This document shows, one piece after another, positions 46,989-57,200 of a stretch of DNA of 64,000 nucleotides (positions are counted from its first letter, which is position 1; every line of letters begins with the position of its first letter). The translations under genes were made by a program, and so were the position numbers. This stretch comes from Cenarchaeum sp. (GTDB lineage Archaea; Thermoproteota; Nitrososphaeria; Nitrososphaerales; Nitrosopumilaceae). The DNA is taken from NCBI GenBank assembly GCA_965242695.1, contig CBDESU010000002.1, forward strand, positions 1,611,136 to 1,675,135, written 5' to 3'. The notes under the pieces were generated by a model. It did not search any database, was not told where the DNA came from, and saw only the letters and a list, made by a program, of their open reading frames with translations.

Positions 46989-47786
46989 ATGGCGGGCCGT
47001 TCAGGGGCGGGCAAGGGCAAGGGCGCCCGCGCCGCCGCCGCCGGAGGCAGGCGCAGGGGCGGCGCGTCCAGGGCAAGGGCCGCCGCGCCGGAGCCGGACC
47101 TGGCCGTGCTGCGCCCGCGCCTCACGGCCGATGCCGCGCGCGAGATGATCGAGCGCAAAAAGACCGACAAGTTTCGCACCATGTTCATACGCAAGCCAAA
47201 GCGGGAAGCGGTGCGCGTAGAGTCCGTCGAGATGTACTACGAGGGGATACTGGCCGCATCGGCCAGGTACACGGCGGACTACTACCGCAGGGCGGTCCAT
47301 ACCATCCGCGTCGAGCGGGCCGTGCGCGAGGTCGTCGTTGCGGGAACGGTGTTTGCCGCCAAGGAGTCTGACGGCCTGTCGGGCATGATCGCGCGGCGCG
47401 GCCGCGGCAGCGTCGATGTCGAGCTCGACGAGCACGTGTACGTGGACAACTCGGCGACCGTCTACCTCGACGCGGCCGGCTCAGAGGTCGACGCCCCCTT
47501 CAAGGGGTCGCTGGAAAAGTCGTCCGAGCCGAGGCCCGAGGACGTCCTGGACGATGCGGCCGGCAGGGTTCGGGGCCTGGAAAAGGGCGCCGCCGCGGCG
47601 GCGGTCGACCTCTTGAGGGGCCGCCTGCAGGAAAAGATAGAGGGGGATGCGCGCGACCTGAACGACGAGTTTACCGTCGAGCGCCTCGCCGAGGTGTACG
47701 TGCCCGTGTACGAGGCGCGGCTCGTCGGCCCGCGCCGCAAGGCGGCCGTAATGCGAATCGATGCAGTCCGCAGGTCGGTACTCTGA
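46989..47786 (+). CDS. Hypothetical protein
   Basis: CTTATAT ~25 nt upstream of ATG 46989; globular sequence ending EVYVPVYEARL...RIDAV. Confidence 0.8.
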   Translation: MAGRSGAGKGKGARAAAAGGRRRGGASRARAAAPEPDLAVLRPRLTADAAREMIERKKTDKFRTMFIRKPKREAVRVESVEMYYEGILAASARYTADYYRRAVHTIRVERAVREVVVAGTVFAAKESDGLSGMIARRGRGSVDVELDEHVYVDNSATVYLDAAGSEVDAPFKGSLEKSSEPRPEDVLDDAAGRVRGLEKGAAAAAVDLLRGRLQEKIEGDARDLNDEFTVERLAEVYVPVYEARLVGPRRKAAVMRIDAVRRSVL

Positions 47787-47801
47787 CGGCGGCCCGCCGG
47801 G

Positions 47802-48659
47802 CTATCCGAGCACCCTTGCAAACCGCTCGTCGCCGGCGTACCTTTCGAACTCCTTTTCGCCGCGCGCCCACGCGCGTATGGTCTTCTTGTCCATGCTGTA
47901 CGCGCGGCCGAGCGACTCGGCGGCCTGGCCGGGCCGGCCCTGGGCTGCAAGGCTGCGCGCCCTTGCGTACAGGAGGCTCGCGCTCTCGCCGCGCCTGCCG
48001 AGCAGCCTCTCGAACGCGGCGAGCGCATCGCCGTGCCTGCCGGTCTCGGCGAGCTCGATGCCGCGGTGGAACTGCGCATCGTCGTGGCCGGGGTGCCCCG
48101 CGCACACTCTCTCGAAGCAGTTGAGCGCCTCTTCGTGCCTGCCCATCTTGCCGAGTACGATGCCGCGGTAGAACTGCGGCGCGGCGCCTGCGGGGTCGAG
48201 CCTTGCGGCCTCGTCGAGCTCGGCAAGGGCCCTGTCGCGCTCGCCGAGCCGGTCGCACAGCACGCCAAGGTTGAAGCGCGCCGCCGAGTACGACGGGTCG
48301 GCCTCGACGGCCCTCTCGTACCCGGCAAGGGCCGACTCGGTGTCGCCGAGCTCGGCCAGCGCGATGGCCTTGTTGTTGTGGGCGGCCGCGTCGCCCGCAC
48401 TGCCGCCGCCGCGGCCGGATGCGAGCACGCCGTCAAAGCACGTGATCGCATCGCTGTACCTGCCGAGGATGTTGAGGGCGAGGCCCTTGCGGTACAGCGC
48501 CTCGGTGCTTCCGGGGTCAGCCCTGAGGGCCTCGTCTAGCACCTTTACGGCCGCCTTGGCCTCGCCGCGCCCGATCAGCGCGACGGCCCTGTGCACCATG
48601 TCCTCGGTGGCCGTACCGGACTTTGCGCCCCCGCCGGCGATGCGCGAGAAAAAGCCCAT
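47802..48659 (-). CDS. Tetratricopeptide repeat protein
   Basis: About 7 TPR units (A.Y..G..L..LG...A...F/Y). Confidence 0.92.
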   Translation of the reverse strand: MGFFSRIAGGGAKSGTATEDMVHRAVALIGRGEAKAAVKVLDEALRADPGSTEALYRKGLALNILGRYSDAITCFDGVLASGRGGGSAGDAAAHNNKAIALAELGDTESALAGYERAVEADPSYSAARFNLGVLCDRLGERDRALAELDEAARLDPAGAAPQFYRGIVLGKMGRHEEALNCFERVCAGHPGHDDAQFHRGIELAETGRHGDALAAFERLLGRRGESASLLYARARSLAAQGRPGQAAESLGRAYSMDKKTIRAWARGEKEFERYAGDERFARVLG

Positions 48660-48724
48660 GCCGGAGGGCGCGCGCGGCCGCTAAAAAGGGCTTTTGCGGA
48701 CGGCGCGGCCTCGCCAGCGGCCCG

Positions 48725-50077
48725 CTACGCTAGCGCGCGCTGCGCGAACCGCCCGGCGGCCTCGACGAGGGCGCCTATGTCGCCGTCGCCGTGCGCCGCC
48801 GACAGGGCCCCCATCTTTCCGGGCAGGAAGAATATGCCATCGCCGGCGATCATCTCAAAGTGGTGCCTGCGCAGCATCTCCGTGTCGCACGCGGCCGCAT
48901 CGGACGCGCTCCTCACGGCGGGCCGCCCCTTCCCGCCGCCGGCAGGAGCAAAGTGCGCCATGAACAGCGAGCCGGTCCCCGTCACGGCTGCCGACTCGCC
49001 TAGGGCGCCGGCGAGCCCGTCGCGCGCGCGCCTGCCCATCGCGCCGAGCCGATCGTACAGGGATCCGCTCCTGCCAAGCTCGCGCAGCGTCGCCGCGCCG
49101 GCTGCCATCGTGACCGGGTTGGCCGAGAACGTGCCGCCGCCGATGTACGAGCGCTCCTCGCGCGGGGGCCCCGCCGGCCCAGTGTCGCACGCGCGCATCG
49201 CCGCATCCGTGCCGCATATGGCCCCGATGGGAAACCCGCCGCCGGCTATCTTGCCGAGCAGGACTATATCGGGGTCGAGGCCCATCTCTTCGTACGCGCA
49301 CCCGTACCGCAGCCTGAACCCCGTCACGATCTCGTCGAGGATGAAGAGGGCGCCGCTGCTGCGCGCAAACTCCTGCAGGCCCCTCAGGTAGTCCGGCTCG
49401 GCCGGGATGCCGCCCCCGCCGCCGAGGACGGGCTCTACGACGATGCAAGCCAGGGTATGGCGGACGGACTCTAGCGAGGCGAGCGCCGCGTCCAGGTCGT
49501 TGTACGGGACGGACACTACGTGCCCAGAGTCGACGAGCCCCGAGCTCTCGGGCATGTCGTACGGCCAGTTGACGGTCTTGAGCAGCTCGGACGCGTACCC
49601 GTGCCAGCCGCCGTCGACCTTTGCGGCCGTCGGCCGCCCTGTAAGGGACCTTGCCAGGCGGACGGCGTACATCGCCGCCTCGGTCCCCGTAGACGTGTAC
49701 CTGATCTTCTCGGCGGCCGGCACCGCAGACCGTATGGCCTCGGACAGGGCCATCGTCGGCTCGCTTACGGTCCCGTGCATCCACCCCCTCCCGATCTGGT
49801 CCGAGACGGCATCGGCGACCTGGCGCGGGGCGTGCCCGAGTATAAGGCTCCAGTGGCCCATCCAGTAGTCTGTGTACGAGTTGCCGTCGACGTCCGTGAT
49901 GCGGCTGCCCGACGCGGACCTGGCCACGAACGGGTGCGGCTCGAAGAAGCGTATGTTGTGGTGCACGCCGTTCACGTGCAGCTCGCGCGAGCGGGCGAAC
50001 GCGCGGGCCGACAGCGGCGTGCGCCGCGCGTACTCCGAGGCCGCCTCACCGCCCGCCGCCTTCCCGATGCCGTCCAT
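48725..50077 (-). CDS. hemL: Glutamate-1-semialdehyde 2,1-aminomutase / class III aminotransferase
   Basis: [43 protein letters not shown]. Confidence 0.88.
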   Translation of the reverse strand: MDGIGKAAGGEAASEYARRTPLSARAFARSRELHVNGVHHNIRFFEPHPFVARSASGSRITDVDGNSYTDYWMGHWSLILGHAPRQVADAVSDQIGRGWMHGTVSEPTMALSEAIRSAVPAAEKIRYTSTGTEAAMYAVRLARSLTGRPTAAKVDGGWHGYASELLKTVNWPYDMPESSGLVDSGHVVSVPYNDLDAALASLESVRHTLACIVVEPVLGGGGGIPAEPDYLRGLQEFARSSGALFILDEIVTGFRLRYGCAYEEMGLDPDIVLLGKIAGGGFPIGAICGTDAAMRACDTGPAGPPREERSYIGGGTFSANPVTMAAGAATLRELGRSGSLYDRLGAMGRRARDGLAGALGESAAVTGTGSLFMAHFAPAGGGKGRPAVRSASDAAACDTEMLRRHHFEMIAGDGIFFLPGKMGALSAAHGDGDIGALVEAAGRFAQRALA

Positions 50078-50259
50078 GGGCGGCGGCCGCGCCGCCGCAA
50101 TTTATTCGGCATGTGCGGCCATTCCTCCGCGGCCCACCGCCCGCCCGCCATCTGCGGGCCGCGCGGATGCCGAGCCTAGGCGCGCCCCCGCCCTGGCCCG
50201 CCGCCCGCTCCTACCGAGGACGCGGCTGCACGGCGTCGGGGGCCGCGAGCCCGCCCCCG

Positions 50260-50975
50260 CTATGCGTAGTAATAGCGGTAGCCGCACATTCCCATGCGCG
50301 GGGAGTTGGCGACGGAAAGAAGGTGCGTCTCCTCGCCGTTGTCCCCCTCTGCGTGGCTGTGCTTTTTTGCGCACGATGCGCACATTAGCGTCTCCCTGTC
50401 CTCCCACGAGCAGTTGACGCACAGGCATACGGCCGTCCCCCTGCCGCCGCATACGGTGCAGTCGTACGGGATGTCGTCGTTCCTTGCCACGAGCTCGACG
50501 TCTCTGGGCTTTATGCCCGCGGCGGGGCACATCGACGCCATCTCGACGAACAGCTCGGTCGTCGTGCCGTAGTCGTACTCGTAGCGGAGCGAGCCGTACT
50601 CTGACACGACCCTGGCCGCGCCGACGTCCATCGTCGCCGTCTCGCGGTCGTCGTAGCCGAAGTCGTCCATGGTTGGGGACGACTCGTACGACGTATCGCC
50701 CGAGCTGAACGAGCTGAGGTGGCCGCAGCAGTCGACCCAGACGTCCCTGAGCAGGCCGTCGAGCGAGGCAGCGTCGCGCGCGGCCCGATGCGGACGTAGA
50801 GCCAGTGCCGTATGGGGCTGTACCCGGTGATCCGCACAAGGCAGGCGCCGCCGCCTGCGGACGGCGCGGCCCCCTTCTTGCCGGCCTTTTCCCCCAAGTG
50901 GCCGAGCAGGTGGCCGCGCATCCTGCGCAGCGTCATGGACTGGCCGCACAGCAGGCAGCTGCCGTCGGTTGGCAT
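50260..50975 (-). pseudogene. pRiA4b ORF-3 / IS1096-passenger TnpR-like Zn-binding protein, frameshift at ~50769
   Basis: MPTDGSCLLCG...WLYVRIGPRATL in one frame continues as ASLDGLLRDVWVDCCGHLSSF...YEYDYGTTTEL...NSPRMGMCGY in another; the 716-nt span is one base short of a whole number of codons. Confidence 0.75.
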
Positions 50976-51221
50976 GGGCCGGCGCCAAGATGCTTCAGTA
51001 ATAAGCATCGCGCGGGGCGGCGGCGATGCCTGGCATCAGGACGGGGCGGATCGAGGCCGCGCCCGCATCTGACCGCGCCCGGACCTGGGCCGGCCACATG
51101 GAGGAGAACCTTGTGGGCTGCGGTTCAGGGTGCCGCGTAGCGGAACCTGATGCTGGCGATCGGGGCGGCCCGGCCGCGCCTGCCACCGCTGCCGGCGGGC
51201 CACCGCCTGCCGCGATCCGGA

Positions 51222-51830
51222 TCACGTATGTCGCCTGCCGAGGTCGACCACGCGGACGCCGAACACCTTGAGGATCATATCTGCAAACGACACAAAGTCG
51301 TGGTCGAACGTGAGCAGCTCGACCGCAACACCCCGTTCTGCCCAGTATGCCGCCGTCGAGAGTATGAGATGGTCCCCCTCGTTTGCCTCCAGGGTGGGCC
51401 GCGTTGCCTTTTTCTCGCGCTTTTCCTTGACGCGACGCCATGCGCCTACCGCGTCGGCCATCCGCGGGTCGTCCCATGCGGTCTTGTACGTGTCGCCGAC
51501 CTTCCCTGCGTACTCTCCGCGGTCTTCAATTCCGAAGCGCCCGTGTAGCGATTCGGATATTTCCAGCACCGCCTTTACGACTTCTTCCCTTGCGTAGTGC
51601 GGGGCGTTCGCCGACCTTGCCGCCGACTCGACGGCCCATGCCGCGTTCTCGCGAACCTCGGCTGCGACCCTATCCGGGATCGCCAGCGCTCCCGACTCTG
51701 CCGCGCCGTCCACAGCGGCCACCGCGGCCTCCCGGTTGTGGCGCCGCACCCTGACGATCTGCCCGTCCTCCCTCCTAGCGTCAAAGTCGATAGCGTACGT
51801 GAGGATTACATTCGCATCTGCGATTTTCAC
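51222..51830 (-). CDS. PIN-domain protein (putative toxin)
   Basis: KIADANVIL ... IPDRVAAEV ... EGDHLILSTA ... LLTFDHDF gives the full acidic PIN tetrad. GTGA overlap with the upstream gene, with a GGTGA RBS. Confidence 0.78.
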   Translation of the reverse strand: MKIADANVILTYAIDFDARREDGQIVRVRRHNREAAVAAVDGAAESGALAIPDRVAAEVRENAAWAVESAARSANAPHYAREEVVKAVLEISESLHGRFGIEDRGEYAGKVGDTYKTAWDDPRMADAVGAWRRVKEKREKKATRPTLEANEGDHLILSTAAYWAERGVAVELLTFDHDFVSFADMILKVFGVRVVDLGRRHT

Positions 51831-53239
51831 GACTCCGATATCACCTTGAGCATGTCGCGGGCAGCTTTTTCGGCCTCTACCCTGTCCCACTTGAAGTTCG
51901 GTCCATCCTCCCTGGCCTCTGCTATGCCCCTTGACCTGCAGTATCCGACGAACAGCGCGTACATGTCCTGGATGTCGGGGTACGGCGGGCCCAGCGCATA
52001 CGTCCTCGGATGCGGCCTCTGGTCGAACACGACGAGCGAGCACAGAGACAGCATGTCCCCCGCCAAGGCGGCCGCGACGGCCCACTGCTCGCCTGGCGCA
52101 TCGCGCGCCTGCGAGAGCATGTCGGGTATGCGCCTGGCCATGTGCACTGCCGGGATCGCATGCACTTCGCCGAACGCAATGCCGTTGCCGATCTCGCGCT
52201 TTATGCGCTCGGCCGTCCCCTTCAGCCCCTCCAGCACTGCGGCGCGTCCGCCGCCTCCGCCTCCATCGCCGTCGAACGCGGGCGCCGCGCCCGCGCCGCA
52301 GGCCTCTTCCAGGGCGGCATACGCGCCGATCCGGGCCACGCGGCGCGACGATGCGGCGATGCGGGATGAGATGCCGCCCTCCTTGTCCAGCCGCTCGCCT
52401 AGCCTGCCGATCATGTCGATTCCCCTGTCGGTAAGGTCGTAGTAGTAGGGCCGCTCGCAGAGGATGCTGTAACCTAGGATGACATCTTCGACGACAAGGT
52501 GGTGGAACCTCTCCATGTCTGCCCCCAGCCCCGCGCAGCCGGGCAGGCGCGACCCCGACGGCGCGTACAGGTCCAGCCCGCACTCGGCCTGCACGAGCAG
52601 CGATGCGGCGCCGAGCTCGGCCCTCGAGCGCACGGTCCCAGATGCCGAGATCACGGACATTGGAAGGATCAGGCGGAGGGGGACGGTGGCGGGATCGAGC
52701 TGCCGCGGGTCCGGCCGCATGCCGGCCTCGAGCGCGCGGGGGACGTGGTAGGGATCTAGCTTGCATGCCCGCGCCCGCGCCTCTGCCGACTCTTCGCGGC
52801 GGCCGAGGTGATCTAGCACCCTTGCCATGTCGAGCTGGGAGCCGGAATGCCCCGGCTCCTCGTCGGCCAGGTCGCGGTACAGCGCCTCCGCCTCTTCGTA
52901 CCTGCCCAGCCGCTCGAGCATGCGCGCGCGGTTGTCGGCGCGGCGGCCTCCGAAATGGTCGCGCGGGGGCGGGTTGGGGAGGAGCTTTTCAAGGGCCCTG
53001 CGGTACCCGCCGTACTCGATGCCCTCGCGTATGCCGTACAGGTTGTGCCTGGGGTCGTACCTGCTCAGTATGTCGTGAATGGTGGTCAGGAAAGGGACGG
53101 ACATGTAATCGTCGACCAGATCTTGGTCGAGTAGACTGCGCGAGCCCGCGTCCTCGCGCTCCTGCCCCTGCCGAGTCGCCGTAGCCGACCCGCCTTTCTT
53201 GGCCTCTGTCTTGCGCACCTGTTCTACCTCTTGTGCCAA
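51827..53239 (-). CDS. TPR + winged-helix protein (putative antitoxin/sensor)
   Basis: Two TPR-like units (RARMLERLGRYEEAEALY; MARVLDHLGRREESAEA), then a region ending YYYDLTDRG typical of wHTH wings. TTG start ~25 nt downstream of CTTAAG. Confidence 0.65.
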   Translation of the reverse strand: MAQEVEQVRKTEAKKGGSATATRQGQEREDAGSRSLLDQDLVDDYMSVPFLTTIHDILSRYDPRHNLYGIREGIEYGGYRRALEKLLPNPPPRDHFGGRRADNRARMLERLGRYEEAEALYRDLADEEPGHSGSQLDMARVLDHLGRREESAEARARACKLDPYHVPRALEAGMRPDPRQLDPATVPLRLILPMSVISASGTVRSRAELGAASLLVQAECGLDLYAPSGSRLPGCAGLGADMERFHHLVVEDVILGYSILCERPYYYDLTDRGIDMIGRLGERLDKEGGISSRIAASSRRVARIGAYAALEEACGAGAAPAFDGDGGGGGGRAAVLEGLKGTAERIKREIGNGIAFGEVHAIPAVHMARRIPDMLSQARDAPGEQWAVAAALAGDMLSLCSLVVFDQRPHPRTYALGPPYPDIQDMYALFVGYCRSRGIAEAREDGPNFKWDRVEAEKAARDMLKVISES

Positions 53240-54293
53240 CGCGCTGCCCCCTGCACCTCCCCCCTTAAGTCTTTTCGTGAAGGCCGCGGGCGTGCGCGGC
53301 CCACCGCGTGCAGCGGCCGCCTCCGCCAGCATGCCGGTCACTGTCCCCGCCCGCCGGCCGCTGCGGCCCCGCCCTCATGCCTGACCGCCGAGGCCTTGGA
53401 CGTCCCTGCCGAGCACCTGTGTCGGACATGCACTACAGCGCATGCCGTCCTGCACTCCGCGGAGGACGGCTGCAGGTGGCGGGTGCGGGAACGGACGGAT
53501 GCCTCCTACCTGCGATCCTCCCGGCCGCCGGCAAGACTCCTGTGGCGGCACTTGGCCGCACTGCGGCGTCTGCCCTGTAGGGGGCGGATGAGGCCCGCCG
53601 ACCTCTTGGCGCCGCGGCACACCGTGCCACTCCATCGGCCGCCGCCGCAGGATCCTGCCTCTCCCTCCTCCGATTGCCTCCGTTGGAAGTCCACTGAATG
53701 GCTGCCCAGATGTTGCCGCGGCGCCCCCTAGCTCCTGCGGGCGGCGCGACCGCGCCGCCACACGGGTGTGTCGTGGGTCTGCCGCCGACGAATTGCAAAG
53801 GCCTTTATCGTAGCGCCGTTTAAGGCACGGGCGTGAGCATGCGCCGCCCGTTCCGCGCCGCGCAGGGAAGGGTGGCCAGATCGGCCGCGGCGCGCATCCT
53901 GCCGCGCGGCCCGTGCACAGGATCGGATGAGCACTGCGGCGGCGCGGGCCGGGAGGCGGGGGCGCCGCATATCGGCGCGAGACGGGGCGGCCACACGGCT
54001 GGCCATGCTCGGGGACGGGCGGGCTGGCCGCGCGGCCCGCCACGTGACGACGCCCGCCTCGCAGCGGGCGGCCTGCAAGTCCGGTGCGGCATCGGGTGCA
54101 TGCGCACGGACATCCTGGTGGGGGGGGGGGGCGGCGGCGCCCCGCGAGCGGCAGGGCCGCGGCGCGCCGCGTCTAGGGCCGCGGCGAAAGCAGGATTTCC
54201 AGGCTGCCTGCGCGAGGGATGCTGCGCGAGCGGCAGGGCCGCGGCGCGACGCGGCCGCAGCGGATGCGAAGGCGGGCGCTTTCGACGAGGAGG

Positions 54294-57200
54294 ATGGCTA
54301 GCATGGTAGAATGCTGGGCCGTAGCCCGCGCGGCGCATCGCAGCTCGCTCCGCACAATCCTCGTCCTGTCCGCCGCTGCCGCAGTCGCCGCCGCCGTCTC
54401 GTGCCTTTCGCCGCCGCCGTATCTGCCGGGCGCCGACCATGCCGGCCCGCATGCAGAATTCGGCCTCGCCTTACATGGCATGGATCCGTACCTGCCCGCG
54501 GCCGCGGGCCAGGTTACTCCCCCGCCTCCGCTACTCCCGGAGCAGGGCACGTATGGAAACTATACCGTGCACGTCTCATACGACGACGCGTTTCGCTTCG
54601 ACCTGCCGCTCGAGTGCGGCGCTGCGCCGGCGGGCGACAACCGCCAGCCGAACCCCTACGATGTCGCCGTCGGGCCGTCGGGGCTGATCCACGTCTCCGA
54701 CACCGGCTGCCAGGCCATCCACGTGTTCCACCGCAACGGCTCGCTCTCGCACCGGTTCCAGATGAACAACGTCACGGTGAACGGCACGTCGACGGCCGTC
54801 CGCCCCCTGGGCATTGCCGTCGACACGTCGGGCCACATATTCGCGGGCATCGGGCAATGGGTTCGACTCTTCCCCTGGCAGACCACGGTCCGCGACGTCG
54901 ACGCCCTGCAGGTGTACCACCCCAACGGCTCGTTCGACCGCCTGTTCCCCATACCTGACATGAATAGGATCACGCGCAGCGTCGACGTAGGCCCAATGGG
55001 GCAGGTGGCGATCACGGATTTACCTCGCGACGACCACGAGACGGTGCGCGTCTACCACCCGAACGCATCGCTCGCGTTCGTGCCCGAGACTCCGGTCTCT
55101 CGCATACCGTGGTTGGGCGAACACGTGCACACGCCCACGCGGTGGCACATCCCGGTGAGCCTAGACTATGGCCCCTCAGGCCTCCTCGCCGTCTCGGAAG
55201 ACACCGGCCCCACCTACCACGACTACTACATTACGGTGCACAACCCCGACGGAACGCTTGCATTTAACATACTGAATAATCGCACGATCGAATTCGAGAA
55301 ACAGAGGGGGGTGGCGTTCGGCCCGTGGGGGCGCATAGCGCTGGTAGATCTTACCAACCGCGCCGTCCACGTATACTACATGGATCCACCCGAAGTGGGG
55401 CCGCTCTGGCGCCAGATCCTCGACAACGGCATCTGGCCGACTCCCTACTGGAGTACCCCCGATTGGACTGCCTACCGGAATACCCGCGCAATGTACGTCG
55501 ATCCTCCCCCGCTGCTCTACCCCGACGCCAGCCCCGCCTTCATCCTGAGCAACGGCACGGGCGGGGGCGGCGACGGGGAGTTCAGTCCGATACGCGTGGA
55601 GATGGAAGACTCGGGCCTCATGCTCGTCGTCGACGAAAGGAGCGGCCGCGTAATGGTCTTCGAGATCGACACGGCGACCGTGTCCGGCGTCGACACCAGG
55701 CTGGTCGGCCTCGGCGCCCTGGGCGCGCCGGGGACGCCGCCGCTCAGCACGGGCCAGACGGTCGTCATCGACGTGAACTTTACCCGTCCACTCAGCATCA
55801 ACACCACGGGCGGCACTCCGTACATGATGCTCGGCGACGGGACAGCATCGCCGCCACGCTACGCGCGGCTCGCGACCCCCGACGGCGCCGCAGACCTCCT
55901 CTCGTTCTCGTACACGGTGCGGCAGGGCGACACGCTCGCCGACATGTCGTATGCCGGGGCCGGCGCACTGGCCCTGAACGGCTCGTTCATCACCGGCGGG
56001 TCGCTCGGCCTGCCGGTCCTGGCGCGCCTGCCCGAGCCCGAGATCTTTGGGATCAGCCCGCTGCGGGCCTACTCGCCTAACGCGAGCGGCGCGTACGGCG
56101 AGGGCTCGCGCATAGCAGTGCACGTAGAGTACCCCGAGGAGGTGACGGTGCATCCCGATCCTCCGGGCTCGGAGATCGGGCTGGAGCTCGGCGTGCCGGC
56201 CCCCGGCGGGGGCCCCAACCGCGCAGCCGCCTACGCCTCGGGCAACGGCAGCAGCACGCTCGTGTTCGTCTATACGGTGGGCGGCGGCGAGAATGCGGCC
56301 GACCTGGACTATGCGGGGACGGAGCCCATGAGGGGTGTCCTCGTGCTGGACGGGCGCGGCAACGTGGCGAGCCTCGAGCTCCCTCCCCCCGGCCGGAACG
56401 GCTCGCTCGGGCACTCGAGCGACTTGGAGATCGACACGGCCGCGCCGCGCGCCATACGCGTGCACTCACCGGATGCGCCTGGCGCGTACGGCGCCGGCTC
56501 GAGGATCAACGTCACGGTCGCGTTCAGCGAGCCCGTCTTCCTTGCCGGCGGCGCCAACCCGCGCCTCGAGCTGGAGACGGGCACAACCGACCAGCCCGCC
56601 GTATTCACGTCGGGCAACGGCACGGCGCTGCTCAACTTTACGTACGCGGTGCAGGCAGGCGACAGCACGCCCGACCTCAACTACACGACAGAAAACGCCC
56701 TGACCCTCCTGGGCGGCACCGGAACGATCCGCGACGAGGCCGGCAACGGCGCGATCATGGAACTTCCGGGCCCGAGCACGACGAGCTCGCTCGGCGGCAC
56801 GTCCGACATTGCAGTCGACACGGAGCGGCCGCGGGTGCTGCGCGTGGGCTCGGAGGCCGACAACGGAGTGTACCGCGCAAACCAGATAATCGACATAGTC
56901 GTCGCCTTTGACGAGGACATTTTTGCGGCAAGCGGAGCGGGCGGCGGCGCGCCGCGGCTCGAGCTCGCCGCGGGGCCGGACAGGCGCTACGCCGAGTACC
57001 ACTCGCCAGGCGCGGCGGCGAGTGAGCTGGTGTTCCGATACGCGGTGCAGCTCGGCGATGCCGCGTCCGACTTGGAATACGCGGGGCGGAGGGCGCTGGA
57101 ACCCAACGGCGGAACGATCGCGGATGCCGCCGGAAACCCGGCCAACATGACGCTTCCACCCACCGGCCAGAGCGGCTCGCTGGGCCACACCAAGGACATC

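Noticed and set aside
51222-52766. 514-aa ORF as a long PIN fusion
   Set aside because: The upstream part overlaps the TPR-wHTH gene out of frame; the PIN gene starts at GTG 51830 with an RBS and a GTGA overlap.
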